Positions 1 through 12,182 of a stretch of 53,635 nt of DNA are shown in pieces. Origin of the DNA: Prorocentrum cordatum (Eukaryota); NCBI GenBank assembly GCA_963575745.1, contig CAUYUJ010000305.1, positions 62,001-115,635 of the forward strand. The letters are read 5' to 3'. The position numbers were made by a program, and so were the translations under genes. The notes under the pieces are model-generated. The model was not told where the DNA came from and did not search any database. It saw only the letters and a program-made list of their open reading frames with translations. The stretch's first letter is position 1; each line of letters begins with the position of its first letter.

Positions 1-79
1 CGCGCCATGATATCCACCCCCCGTAGTCATCACCCCCCTCTTTTCCGCCCCCGAGCGAAGGGTCTCTCCTACGCGTGGC

Positions 80-149
80 CGGGCTCGGCGAGCAAGCGGC
101 GGCGCCAGGCGGCGCCGGGCGGCGAGGCGAGCCACCTGCAGAAGCCCTC
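80..149 (-). CDS. Probable exon of histidine acid phosphatase-like gene (EGFCRWLASPPGAAWRRRLLAEP); gene continues beyond the window start
   Basis: AG acceptor (ccgag|gag) in phase 0 with the exon at 3365-3421; the junction shares CGAG|GA with that donor. The 3' boundary (GC donor at 79) is uncertain. Confidence 0.5.
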
Positions 150-184
150 CTCGGAGCATCACTGAACTCCAGGAGCGGGCAGGG

Positions 185-383
185 CCCTACGGCAGCTTCG
201 TGTCGTGCCGACCCCAGCGTTGGTTTTTGACACCGCAGGAATCGTTCAACCTTGAACGATCGGCCGCTGCCGCAACGTCCGGTCGTTCAACATCGATCGA
301 TTCTGGGTCGCCGGCGGCGTTCAACCTTGAACGCCCGCGCTGGGGTCGCCGCTGGTCGACACGACGCAAACCTACCGTATGGG
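185..383. mobile_element. MITE-like element with imperfect ~28-bp terminal inverted repeats and internal palindromes; related copy at ~52590-52785
   Basis: cctacggcagcttcgtgtcgtgccgacc vs ggtcgacacgacgcaaacctaccgtatggg; internal palindrome atcgttcaa-cc-ttgaacgat; the same motifs recur near 52640-52785. Confidence 0.55.
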
Positions 384-3126
384 CTATACGGTCAAAACTG
401 GTTTTAAGGATGCGCGAAAACTAAGCGAGGGCCGTGGACGCGCATGTCAAAGCTTTTCGAGCGGGGCTGGCCATCGAAAAGGGTCAGGGATGGACCGAAG
501 ATGACCGGAAAGGGCACGAATGCAGGGGCACCACCAGACCATACAGTACATTCGCTTGCGTCGGCACGCGCAAAACTTTTTGGCACCGCGCGGGTCGTTC
601 AACCTTGAGCCGGTTGGGGCCCCGTCCGTTCAAGATGTTATTCCGACAAGCCCTGTGGCTTTACCGTGCCACTGGTGCTTCCGCGTCCTTCGATCGTGCG
701 AAACACAACCTTAAACGCCTTCGCGAGCGTCACCGGCGCGCCGTCGCCGCATGAGCCTACCGTATGCCTCGAAAAAGCCCCTGCGGGGGGGAGGCCAGGG
801 TTCCTGGCCGTGGGTCTGGTCTAGAAGACTCTCCTGATTCGGGCGTGGGTCTTGTGTAACGTGGCTCCCTGGGCGGTGCAGTCTGCATGGGGCGGGGAGG
901 TGGGGTGGCGCACAAACTTGCAGAAATGAAGCGAACCAATCAATGAAATCTATTGAACTTTCGCATGCGTTCCATGCATACCCTTTCCTTCTCTTTCTCT
1001 CTCACTCTCTCTCACTCTCTCTTCTTTCGCTAACTCTGCTCGGAACTCTCTGACCCGTGTACTTTTTATTACAATGTACACATCCCAAGCCCAAAAACTC
1101 CACGATGCCATATCGAGGCCCCTTATGCAACTTGCGCCCTGGGCCGAAAAAGGATGTAGCGCCACCCAGCAGGATTCCCCTGAATCAGCCCCGAGGTGGC
1201 TGAAGATTGCCGCTGGCGGGCTCAATGGTAAAGCTGGTCTAAGCTACTTGCAGCAAGGCGTAACCGTCGATTGCGTCGTACACCCTGCGAAATGCTTTAG
1301 AAATCATGGGTTAAGAAATTCATAGTCTCAGAATTGGAATAAAAGCCCAGAACGTCTATCAAAATCTTAGGATCTGCATTGAAACATTAAGAATAATCGA
1401 GACTCTGGCCGAAAACTTTGGTTTTCTTAAGCATCGCCTAGAGTGTAAGTGCGAGCCCTCCGCGCGAATTTCTCGGATCGGCGCTGGAGCCTCGTCCCCT
1501 TGCGCGGGGAGCGTGCCACGGGGCGGCGCCAGAGGCGTCGCCAGGGGAACTCGGCGCCGATCCAAGGAATCCGCGCGGAACTTCGAAGATCTGGGGCGTT
1601 CCAAAAATGGCCTCGCCTTCGAGGATCGGAGGAGTCGTCGTCTCTTCCGCAGCGGAAGGCGTCGGAAGGGCGGCGGAAAGCCAGCGCAATGAAAACGAGG
1701 CCGCCTCTGCCGGCGGAGGCCGGCGGGCGTCGACGAGAGTAAAAGATGCGCACCCAAGAGTGGAGGCGTTTTTGGGATCAGGATTTCCGAAATCGCCCAT
1801 ATGTTTTCTTTTTGGTCAGCGGCCGCAGGCGAGCGCGCCAGCGGCGGGTCCAGTCAAAGCGGGGCACGCAGCGACGAATTGAACTAAAGCGACGGAGGGT
1901 GGCCACACCTACAGCGGCTAACCGGGACCACACGCAGCAGCTCAGCGGCGGACCGGCGAGGGAGGGGGTTGCTGAAACTGAGTCAACCCATATGTTTACG
2001 CAACGCTCTCTCATTTTCGTTTCCCGCCACGGAGCGCGCCCCTGGCCCGAGGTGTTCCCAACCGGCCGCTCAAGGTTTGGAGCCCTGGGCCCTCTGGGCA
2101 TGATGGCGTGCGCTTTAGGCCGTCGGGGTCTCCCTGAAAAATCCGGGGAGACCTTGGTCCAAACTCCCGAGTTTTTGTTTGTTATGTTTTTCCCCTCGCG
2201 CGGAACACCACGGGTGACACAACCACACCGCGATTCGAAAAGGCCGATCGGCAAACCGGGAACACCGCGCAAAGCGACTTGCAGTAGGATAACTTATGCT
2301 ATTGGCCGTGCCCTGAACAACGAATCGACACTGCAGTTGCGACAGGAGGAAGGAGTCGAGAAAGATTTGCACCCACATCCACTGCGTCTTGGACTATCTG
2401 TGAAGGAGCGCCCAGAGGCCGAGGCACAGCGGGTAACTATAGACAAAAATCTATAGAGGGCGGATGTTGATCCATATCCTCTGCGCCTCTGGCTTCTGGG
2501 GAAGGGAGCCCAACAACTACAAAGCGCAGAGTACAGTGATACAAACCTTGTCCGCTTGGGAATCTAACGTTGTGGATGCCACGACAATGGACACCCTAAC
2601 AGTCCGAGCATTGAATTTCACATGTGTTTAACATGTAGGAAAATGTTCTAAACATGTTGAAGACATAATTTATATGCTTTCAAACATGTTTAACACATGA
2701 TTTAGACATCTGGAATTTATTTGGCAACAAGCTTCCTCTCCATTGATCGTCCTCCACAACGCTTAGGAATCTAACGGACGTGGGCCAGGTCCCCGATCAG
2801 CACCGCCAGATCTGGGCTGGGGAAACCGAGCGGCGTTGAGACTGCTGCTCCCTGGATCTCTCCCAGGGGGGCCCTCCAGCCCCAGGAAAACGACAAAACA
2901 GCAGAAACACACAACTGCTGGCACTCCGCGGGGACTCCCTGGATCCGCGCTGGAGGCGCCGCCAGGGGGGGGCCAGCAGGGATCCGAGAGATCCGCACCG
3001 CGAGCCAACCGTGTTTTCCGAAAGATGCAACGCCGTGAAGCGAATCCAGCGGTGGCGCCGAGGGCCGTCGTGGGGGGAGCTGCCGGCGCGGGCCCCAGGC
3101 CGCCGCGGAGGGAGGGGCACGCCCGC

Positions 3127-3302
3127 GACGCCGCCGACGACGCCGACGTCGACGGCGACGGCCACGGCGACGACGACGGCGACGAGAACGCCGACGACGA
3201 CAACGACGACGACGACGGCGACGGCCACGGCGACGACGACGGCGACGACGGCGCCGACGACGACGACGACGACGACGACGACGGCGCCGACGACGACGGC
3301 GA

Positions 3303-3337
<35 letters not shown>

Positions 3338-3363
3338 ACGACGACGACGACGACGACGACGAT
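3127..3363 (+). repeat. (GAC)n/(GACGCC)n microsatellite
   Basis: Directly visible trinucleotide run. Confidence 0.95.
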
Positions 3364-3364
3364 C

Positions 3365-3421
3365 CTCGCCCCTCTCGAGCAGGCCGCCGGCCTCCTCCAG
3401 GGTGGTGCAGCGCCCCCCCGC
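3365..3421 (-). CDS. Exon of histidine acid phosphatase-like gene (AGGRCTTLEEAGGLLERGE)
   Basis: 57 bp, phase 0/0, AG acceptor, GA donor; continues ...LPLPCA from exon 5799-5960. Confidence 0.65.
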
Positions 3422-3794
3422 CTCGGCGGCACGCAGGAGAGGAGGGAGTCCCCCCGGGCAGGAGGGGCCTCTCTGAGGCGCGCGGATTCCTGGGGGGCCG
3501 CGGGGGGAGCCAAGAGCAACGCCACCCAGGCGTGTCACCCTGCGTCGGCGGCGAGCGAGGGGGGGGTGAAAATGGAACAAATGAAGGGGCCCCAGGACAC
3601 ACAAATGAATACACACAAATAAAAATGCTCCCCATATTTTCCCATATTTTCTGGGTTTTTGTCTTCCCCCCCAATTCCCATATTTTCCCATATTTTCTGC
3701 GGAATCGACGATTAATTGTGTCTGTGTGTGTTTTTCCCCTCCTGACAGGCGTACCACCCTGCGTCGGCGGCGAGCGAGGGGGGTGTAAAAATGG

Positions 3795-3854
<60 letters not shown>
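3795..3854 (+). repeat. A60 homopolymer
   Basis: Directly visible. Confidence 0.95.
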
Positions 3855-3855
<1 letters not shown>

Positions 3856-3870
3856 GCCGTACAAACATAC

Positions 3871-3988
3871 ACTTCTGGCGCTCCGCGCGGATGTCTTGGA
3901 TTCGCGCTGGGGTCCCCTGGCGGCGCCTCCGGCGCCGCCCCGAGGGGTCCAGCGCAGATCCACGAAATCCGCGCGGAGCGCCAGAAGT
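3871..3988. mobile_element. ~118-bp fold-back palindrome of a dispersed family (other copies ~1456-1585, ~2919-3007, ~29291-29410, ~31297-31437)
   Basis: Perfect 22-bp arms acttctggcgctccgcgcggat / atccgcgcggagcgccagaagt; central ggcggcgcc-tcc-ggcgccgcc. Confidence 0.75.
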
Positions 3989-4920
3989 TCATGCTTATGG
4001 TTTGTCTCTCCTTCTATTCTCAGAAGGCTCGAAGTCCCCAGGCCCCCCGAGGAGTGATCTGAGCCTTCCCCGAAGACACAGAAAACCTCTCCGAAGGACG
4101 GAGGGCTTCTGAGGAGCCCCGCCGCCTTCTCGGGGGCGCGCGCAAATGGATTAGCGATCCATGGATTTGTCGAGCGTTCGCCAAATCCATGGATCGTGGG
4201 AGGTGCCCTCCCCAAAATGCGGCCGGCACCGTCCCGTTCGGCGGCGGACATGCGCGATTTCCCATGGAAACAGGACCCGTCGCTAATCCACGCCCCCTTG
4301 ATCCATGTTTGCGATCGCCTGTTAGCTTCGCAGAGGGACATGCCCGACTCAATGCTACGTCGGATCTCAGGGTAGCCAAAGCTGGGGACACCCTTGTGGG
4401 CCCTCACAGAAGATCACTCTGTCGAAGGGTCACTCTGACCCGCCAGTCGGAATAGGCAGGTGGAAACATGAAGCTGGACATCGGACAAAGTAGATCGGGT
4501 TCGGCCCCGCCCACAGCATAACAGACATCAGCAAAAGCAGATCGACCTTTGAAGTAGGACGGGGCTGGGAGTAGATTGGGACCTGGATGTGAAACAGACC
4601 TGCTCCCGACGACCGGTGCGCACGTGCGACGGGTGGTAATTCCGGGGTGGCCTGCACGGGGGCCTCAACGGGCCTTTGAGGGCCCCTTTCGGAGCCAGCG
4701 GGGGCCCAAAAGGGGCCCCGAAAGCTTCCCTTCGCGGCCCCTTGTTTCACCCCCCGTCCGGGTCACCCCCCATTTGCGACCTGCGGGCCCACGCCGAAGG
4801 TCACTCTGGCGAAGGGTCACTCGGGAACGTCGGCCGGAAGAAGTGGAACAGAGCGAGGGGGGGCGAACGGTCATTTACTGTCCCTGGGCGCGTGGCTGAA
4901 ATAAGATGATGCGGTCAGGA

Positions 4921-4951
4921 TTGCTGTTGTTGATGTCGTTGCTGTTGATGA

Positions 4952-4995
<44 letters not shown>

Positions 4996-5104
4996 TTGCC
5001 GTTGATGTTGTCGTTGTTGTTGTTGTTGCTGTTGCTATTGGTGTGCTTGCTGTTGCTGTTGGTACAGCTGTGGTTGATGTTGGTGTTGGCGCTGTTGATG
5101 GGGC

Positions 5105-5144
<40 letters not shown>

Positions 5145-5150
5145 GGCGGT
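4921..5150 (+). repeat. (GTT/GCT)n microsatellite
   Basis: Directly visible. Confidence 0.95.
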
Positions 5151-5599
5151 GGTGTTTTTGCTGGGCCCGGGCCCTCCCAGAGAACGACAGAACAAAGCAA
5201 AGCCGTGCCGATTCTCCGATGCTTGATGCAGGAAGGGGCTTGAAGCAGACAAGGATCTGGTGTACACGTCGTTCATGTCTAATCGTGCTCATTTCGAAAA
5301 GTGCGCTCGTTTCTAGTTGTTCCTGGCCCCCTAGTGGCCAGGAAGAGGCCCAGGACAGAACACTGAGAAAGGAAAGGATCTTGGCTCCCAAAAAACCAAA
5401 GAACTTTCGAATAATAAGGCGTAAACAATGTGTACGTGCACACGGCGCACAGATTCAGAATTGCGCCGCCGCGCCATCGCAGGCCAACACGGTGGCAAAA
5501 CCCCAAGGACTTTGCGTAACGCAGTCCTGCTCTTGGGGGGGAACCGATTCCCGGGACAGCTCGGAGTTTGGCCGCTGACCGCCCATGGGGAGCCCGCCA

Positions 5600-5765
5600 A
5601 AGACCACGAAAACGACCACGAGAAGGCCAGCCCAAGAAATACACACCCCCAGAAAGACTACGAGAAGACCGCGACAAGACCACGACAAGACCACGAGAAG
5701 ACCACGCAAAGACCACGCAAAGACCACGCAAAGACCACGAAAAAGCCCACGGAAACGACCACGCA
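5600..5765 (+). repeat. ~11-bp minisatellite (aagaccacgca)
   Basis: Tandem gaccacg-containing units. Confidence 0.8.
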
Positions 5766-5798
5766 GAGAGACTGGCGTGCGCGTGCGGCCGCGACCAC

Positions 5799-5960
5799 CG
5801 CGCAGGGCAGCGGCAGGCTCCGGCACCAGCGGGCCAGCAGGTGGTCGCCGGGGCGCAGCCCGCCCAGCGGCGCGCCCTCGGGCGCCGCCAGGACGTCGGC
5901 GGAGGCGTTCGGCTCCACGGCGAGGCGCAGCTCCGAGCCCTCGCCGAGGGCCGCCAGCGC
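5799..5960 (-). CDS. Exon of histidine acid phosphatase-like gene (ALAALGEGSELRLAVEPNASADVL...GDHLLARWCRSLPLPCA)
   Basis: 162 bp, phase 0/0, AG acceptor, GT donor, strong GC3 bias; DxLxxxxCxxLPLPC resembles the branch-2 histidine phosphatase middle region. Confidence 0.75.
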
Positions 5961-6525
5961 CTCTGAAGGAAGAAGCGGCGGCGTGGCCGAATCCAGGGGG
6001 CAACTACTCTGGGAGGTTTCCGTGGGAAACATGAAGGAGGATGTAAGCACCATTCGGGAGCAGTTACGCCAGAGTGGGCCTCGGATCAAGCGGGATGGAG
6101 CGGGATGAAGCGGGATGAAGCGGGATGAAGCCGGACTTCGGACCAGTGCAGAATCAAAATTTCACCTACCAGGCCGAAGCCGCTGCTGCGATCCGACCAT
6201 CCCGTGCGGCAGCGCGGGGGCGTTACTTCGGAGCCACCGTGCCACCACAGGAGGAGGAGGAGGAGGAGAAGGAGGAGGAGGAGGAGGAAGAGGAGGAAGA
6301 GGAGGAGGGAGGGAGGGAGGGAGGGAGGGAGGGAGGGAGGAGGAGGGCCACGGCGGGCCTGCGCAGGTGGAGGCGTGGGGCTCGGTTTCGGGGGACTCGC
6401 GTGGGGACCCGGCGGGGCCGTCAGGGAGAGGGCGAGGCCCCATCGGAGAGATGGCGCGGGCTCCCGCGGCAGACAGCCCGCGAACACTGCGCCGTCCAGA
6501 TCCACGACTTGGCGGCGCGCACTAG

Positions 6526-6679
6526 GGGGTGGAGGGAGGGGGAAGGGCTTCTTAGAAGGAGGCTGCTTCTTAGAAGGCGCTGGCCTTACACCTATAGAAA
6601 GGGCCCGCGCCTTCTAAGAAGCAGGGGTGCTTCTAAGAAGCCCTCCCCCCTCCTGCCACCCCCCTCTACGCGTGGCTGA
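6526..6679. mobile_element. Palindromic MITE-like element; diverged copy at ~52407-52559
   Basis: gggcttcttagaag..gcttcttagaaggcgc / gcgccttctaagaagc..cttctaagaagccc arms; both copies share ccttacacct..atagaaaagg and end in cgtggctga. Confidence 0.65.
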
Positions 6680-7444
6680 AAGACGGGCTTGTCAAAACTC
6701 GTGGGCAAGCCCGAGGTCCGGAGGACTCGAGTCTTGATTTCCCCAGCTCTAGAAGAACGGACGAATGAGGAGCCGAACTCTATATACACCGACGCTCTTT
6801 CCGGCCCCGCACCGGAACTCGCACAGGAAGGCGGATCCTGGTGTATACGGGGTGTTGGTATATACATGTTTCGTTCCTCCTACGAGAAAACGGGGAATCG
6901 AGTATACTCCACACCACCCCGACGTCGTCGCCGACCCTCAAAATATCTTGGGATTGATGAACAGCCCGCCACTGGTAATGTATATGCTCGAGTGTCCGAG
7001 AAAACAACGTATGAGCATGCGGTCGGGAACGTCTGCGCAGCGTGTGCCGACGCGGCTCTCCCCCCCCGGCCCCGCGAGCGGACAGCAGGTCGCTCCGCTC
7101 CGCGGCGCGCGGGGGGAGACTCGGGACGGCTCGGGACGTGTTTCCCACTCCGAGGTAACCGACAGCGGGTGGAAGCATCGGGCATGAGCACACCAGGAAA
7201 CCTGTCCAAAACATGGGCTCGGCAGACTTTCTCGCCGAACAAAATACTGAAGAAAACATGTGCATTTTCTCCAAAACAGTATCGGGCCAAGATCACGTTG
7301 AATCTCTCGCCCAATCACCCGTTCATTTTTTGGCCATGTTTGGGGCGACGAAGAAATCGGCGCGAACCCATTGTTGGGCCAAGATTTCTGGTTTGTCGGT
7401 TTCAATCCATTCCCCCCGTTCCCGGTTACCTCAGTTCTCACTCC

Positions 7445-7680
7445 GCATGTCGCAGCAGACAAGACATTGGAGGCCTGGAAATGGGCACCAACACCAAGAC
7501 ACCGGACTGCCTCCACAGGGGGGAAATTATCCTAGAATTCGGTGTGGGTGGTAATATCTCCGCCGCCGTAGAGGTCAGAATATTACCACCATTTCCGAGA
7601 CCGGGATCTTCTGCCCTCGGTGGAGGCTCGCCGCCGATCTTGGTGTTGGTGTCAACCTCGAGGCCTGCGACATTCCGCAT
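7445..7680. repeat. Long imperfect inverted repeat (fold-back)
   Basis: caccaacaccaaga/tcttggtgttggtg, gcctccac/gtggaggc and ggtggtaatat/atattaccacc nested symmetrically. Confidence 0.7.
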
Positions 7681-8161
7681 TTCGCAGTCAGCACTGATGG
7701 GCCTGTCTTCCACCACCACCACTAAAGGTTGGAGGGGGGAAGGAGGAGGAGGATGGGGAGGAGGAGGACGAGGAGGAGGAGGAGGATGGGGAGGAGGAGG
7801 AGGAGGAGGAGGTACCCCTCCAACTTATGGTGGTGGTGGAAAACAAGCCGATGCGGATTGCGGATTGCGGATTGCGCTTCGCGCCGAAACGTGGCGGGCC
7901 AGAAGCGGCGGAACGACACGCCATCGCGGAGTTCCAGGCCGTGACCCCCACCAACAATCGATTCCCTGGAATCGATGGGAGGCGGGAGTAAGGTTCGGGC
8001 TTCGCCACGCGTCCCACGAGTTCCGAACCCTCCTCCCGCCGCCCATCACGTTGCCTTAATCGTGGATCGGCGGAGGTGGGGCTCGGAGGTTGCCGCCGAT
8101 CTAAAAAAAGCACGCCGTAAACATAAATATTGGGCGTCCACGAACTTGGGATCTGCGATGT

Positions 8162-8371
8162 TTGGACACCCGAGATGGGCACGGAAAGAATGGGCACTAT
8201 GCCCAACAACAAATGTTGTCCCAAGCCAACAGCGGCCGCTGTTGGGCAGGCGGCCTCCTGTCTCGAACGGACACAGGCCGCGGCGGCGTGGACAGCGAAT
8301 CCGGTTGAAAATGAACAGGAACTGTTGTTGGGCAGTGTACCCCTTCTTTCGGTACCCATGTCGGGCGTCCA
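8162..8371. mobile_element. MITE-like element with ~48-bp imperfect terminal inverted repeats
   Basis: tggacacccgagatgggcacggaaagaa..gcccaacaaca vs tgttgttgggc..ttctttcggtacccatgtcgggcgtcca. Confidence 0.65.
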
Positions 8372-8737
8372 GAGCGACGGGTCCTCCCCCCTGGCGCACC
8401 TCTGGCGCCAGAGGAGCCGCCAGCGGGGCCCCAGCGCCGATCCAAGAGCCAAGAGGAGGAGGAGGAGGAGGAGGAGGAGGAGGAGGAGGAGGAGGAGGAG
8501 GAGGAGCGCAAATTTTATGCTTTATGTAACTGCTCATAGCCTGCCATCGCTCGGGCGTTCCAGCCCCGTGCATTGTGTCGGCTTCGTGCGTGCTCGTCTT
8601 TGGCTCGATGGTCAAAAGGGTGCGCCTCGATGGCCCTCGCCGAGGAACACGTGCACACGTCCGCGCGATGCCAGGATGCTGCTCCTTCTTCTTCTTCCTC
8701 TTCTTCTTCTTCTTCTTCTCCTTTTTCTTCTGCGAGC

Positions 8738-8792
8738 CTCTGGCGTCCCCAGCAGTGACATCAGCAGGCCCACGGCTGACGCCAAGGAGCGC
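8738..8792 (-). CDS. Exon of histidine acid phosphatase-like gene (RSLASAVGLLMSLLGTPE)
   Basis: 55 bp; its first base completes the split AG|G Arg codon from exon 9282-9433, giving VRSLDSRRSLASAVGLL, the RSTxxxRTxxSAxxxL motif; AG acceptor, GC donor. Confidence 0.78.
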
Positions 8793-9281
8793 CTGGAGCA
8801 GGAGGCGGCCGGGGGGGTCTGAGCTGGTCAGCCCCCGAGACGATCGGTCAAGACGGGGAGGTGAAGACATCCGCTCAAAACCGGTCTCCTGGATCCCTCG
8901 CGGGGGTCCACGCGGTGCAATTTGTCTCTCCAGATCCGTCTTCGACGATCCTGGGGCCCGAGACAAGGCCAGGGAGAGCGAAAAAGGCCAACAGAGACAT
9001 TCCTGAACCCAGCACCTCTGAGCATCGTTTTACCGATCCCTGTCCCCGCTCGCGTGGCCTGGGCCCCACTGGCCGGTTTGACCCCCTAGATGGGGATATA
9101 GGCAGTTTCTGTCAGCTTTCGAAGGGTATATCCCAACTGGGGGGATGAGATGGTGGGGGTCTGGATAGGGATGGGGATGGGGATGGGGATCGGTTGAACG
9201 ATACTGAACCTCGAACCTGCCCCCCTCCCTGCTGGCCAGAACCCATGCTGGGCCACCTCAAACCCCCAGCCGATGCCAAGC

Positions 9282-9433
9282 CTGGAGTCCAGGCTCCGGA
9301 CCCGCAGCAGCCGCCAGCCCGCAGCCGCCGCCCGGCCAATATGCCCGTCATACGCCGCCGACAGGTCGCGCCCAAGGCGCGCCATCTGCACGAAGCCCCG
9401 GCCCGTGAGCTGCCCGGGCCCGCAGGCGTAGCC
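9282..9433 (-). CDS. Exon of histidine acid phosphatase-like gene (GYACGPGQLTGRGFVQMARLGRDLSAAY...LRVRSLDS)
   Basis: GQLTxxGxxQxxxLGxxLxxxY is a hallmark of branch-2 histidine phosphatases; AG acceptor, GC donor, 152 bp. Confidence 0.85.
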
Positions 9434-10227
9434 CTGCTTTCGGAAGCAATGTTTGGGAGTCCTTCGAAAGAACCAGTGAATATTCAGGGAAGGGGGACTC
9501 GTTTCAGGGGGCATTGGGCGGGACTATCATTGGATGGAACCAGAGCTGAGCGAGATTATGCCGCATTGCGCCACCAGCGCCGATGCTGAACTAAGGAGCT
9601 CATAAAAGGACGTATGCGCCCATCCACATGCATGAACATGGCCCCCCAGTCCGCGAGACCAGCCGCGTGATAGGAAGGTTCGCGCAATGTGTACTCTTGA
9701 AACCATCGTGGATTCATGTACGTGTGCCTCACGGGGCCCCAGTAACAGCAACGCCGTCTTTCACCCTTCACCATCTGTTGACAATGGAAAGATTGAAACA
9801 TCTGCGACCAAACACGACAAACCAAAACGGCCCCAGGATTGGCACCGGAACCGGAACAAAAACGGCGACGGCACCAGCAAACAATCGGCGACGGAACCGC
9901 AAAAGAAAGAGGCAAGACGGAACCGGTAACGAAGCGGCAAGACAGAACCGGTAAAACAACGGCGACGGCACCACAGCCACTAAAAGACGTGTACGTCCTT
10001 CTTTCGCTCCTTCGGGGCTTGGTAAGCGGGGGTTTAGCTAAACGGGGGTGCAGGCTTTTCCATCTGCCCCCGTTCACTGTACCCCCGTCTACGGCGCCCA
10101 GAGCCCCCTAAACGGGGGCACAGCCAAACGTGGAACTCGCCGCTCTCCGTGCCCCCGCTTGCCGTGCCCCCGTCTCTGGCGCCCTGACTCCTGAGGAAGC
10201 GAAAGCTCCCTCGAGTTGCACCCTGGC

Positions 10228-10332
10228 CTGCGGTCCCAGCTCGGGCGTGAAGGAGCGCTCCAGGGCCCGGCCCTCCGCGGTGGCCACGCGGAAGCGGACG
10301 AGGCCGTTGAGGCGCCAGTAGCGGGGCAGCAC
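10228..10332 (-). CDS. Exon of histidine acid phosphatase-like gene (VLPRYWRLNGLVRFRVATAEGRALERSFTPELGPQ)
   Basis: 105 bp, phase 0/0, AG acceptor, GC donor, GC3-rich codons, in phase with both neighbours. Confidence 0.68.
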
Positions 10333-12086
10333 CTCCCAGAGGAGAGGGCGCAGCCCCCCGCGACCAGGGACCCGTGTGTTCGCCGTTGCCTGGGCGTCCA
10401 TTCCCCCGTGCACGTTTCGGCCTCGTGCCTGCCTCCTGCTTCGGCAGAAGAGGCCTCGACGTTCTTCGCGACGGCACTTGCCGAGAAGCATGCACACGTC
10501 CGAGCGATGCCAAACATGGGTTCGGAAGAGTAGATGGGGTGGGAGGATCGCGCCGCATCGCCGATACATCGACGATGCATCGGCGAGGCAAGTCGGGCTT
10601 CACATCGAGCCGCATGGGCGATGCAACGGCGATGCGGCGCGATCTCCGACCCCATCTAGGATTAGATCGGGCGGGTCCTCCTACAGGCGGATTGTCTTAA
10701 GGAACAGCTTAAGGAGTGAGAAAATGCTCAACAATTGTCAAACAAAGAATCGAAGCATCGCCCACACACTATGTTTCGACTATCGTTGAAGATCCCTCCT
10801 ATTCAGGGACACGCCCGACTTACATCTACGAGGCCAAAGAGTTGTGGATGCCATGACTGGACACTCTAACAACCCTATCATTGAAGTGCATATGTGTTTA
10901 AAATGTGTAAAACATGCTCTGAACATGTTTCAAACGTGTTTTCAACACCTGTAAGGCATATCTGGAACATGGTTTCAGACATCTGAAAATGATTTGGCAG
11001 CATGCTGCCTCTCCATTAGCCGACTCCCACAAGCACAGGAAGGGGGACCGACCCCATGGGCGGTGGCAAGCCCGAGAGCTCCAGTGGCTGGGTGGCGGCT
11101 GGGCGTGCCGCCGCCCAGTGGGGCGGGGCGATGCTTTCACCCGCAGGGTGAGGGCCACCCGCGGGGAGGAGGCGGAGGAGGCGGAGGAGGAGGGGGTGGA
11201 GGAGGAGGAGGAGGAGGAGGAGGAGGAGGAGGAGAGAGGAGAGGAGGAGGGGGGAGGAGGAAGAGGAGGAGGAGGAGGAGGAGGAGGAGAGGAGGAAGGG
11301 AAGAGGAAGGGGGCGAGCCTCCACTGGGGGGATGGTCCCCGGAGAAGCCGCCCCCAGGCACACTGGCCCGTGTGAGCATCCCCTGGGGAAGAGGAAGAAA
11401 CCTCACCCTGGGAATAAGAATCCCCTGGAGATCTAAAGCTTCCAGGGGAAGAGCTTTCCCAGTGGACTTGCCCGGGTACATTCGCCCACTCTCCCGCCCT
11501 GGGGGGGCGCCCCCACCCCGCACCCCACCCCCCCCACCCCCCACCCCGCCCAATCCGACGGGTTCTCGGTGGCGGTGATCCCTCACCCTCTTTCTTCTGG
11601 ACATTCCGCCCTAATCTCCCGCCCCTCTTTCGATGTGATCTCTGTGTGGGCTCCCTCGACTCACGTAAGGCTTCCCCCATGAGGTTCGACGACTTCCTCC
11701 GCCCCTTCCGCGGGGGTCGGAAGGCATGCAAGGTGGAGGTGGCGGTGATCCCTGTTCTCGGCGGCGCGCCCGGAGGGGGGGGGAGCGAGAAGGACAAGGC
11801 CTCCTCAGAAGGCTCGGAAGTCCCTGGACTCGACGCTGAAGCATCTGGGCCTGCCCCTGAAGGCACCGAAACCCTCTTAGAGGGCGCGAGGGCTCCTGAG
11901 AAGCCCCGCCACCTTCCGAGGGGGCCTGCTCCTCCTCCTCCTCCTCCTCCTCCTCCTCCTCCTCCTCCTCCTCCTCCTCCTCCTCCCCCTCCTCCTCCCC
12001 CTCCTCCTCCTCCTCCTCCGAAGCTGTGCGGCCGACGTTCTCCCCTGAGCCTCGGGGGTGCAGTCCCACGACGCGCCCGCGCCCGC

Positions 12087-12182
12087 CTCCCCGGGCCACG
12101 CGGCCTCGGGGCTGCTGTCGCCGTGGCCCGCGATCACCAGGACGCTGTGCAGCCGCAGGCCCTGCTCCTCGCCCTCCCGCTC
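12087..12182 (-). CDS. Exon with the histidine phosphatase active-site segment (EREGEEQGLRLHSVLVIAGHGDSSPEAAWPGE)
   Basis: LxLxxVxVxxRHGDRxP-like context, here GHGDSSP; GC donor at 12086; exon starts at 12182 or alternatively 12198. Confidence 0.78.

Noticed and set aside
2010..2046. SRHGARPWP in the + strand ORF 1746-2456 resembles the phosphatase RHGxRxP motif
   Set aside because: It is on the opposite strand to the exon chain, has no other family motifs or codon bias, and is probably chance.
3795..3854. A60 as the poly(A) tail of a retro-insertion
   Set aside because: No TSD or upstream coding unit is visible. The related inverted copy near 29410-29465 has the same flanks without a long run, so local expansion or a sequencing artefact is more likely.
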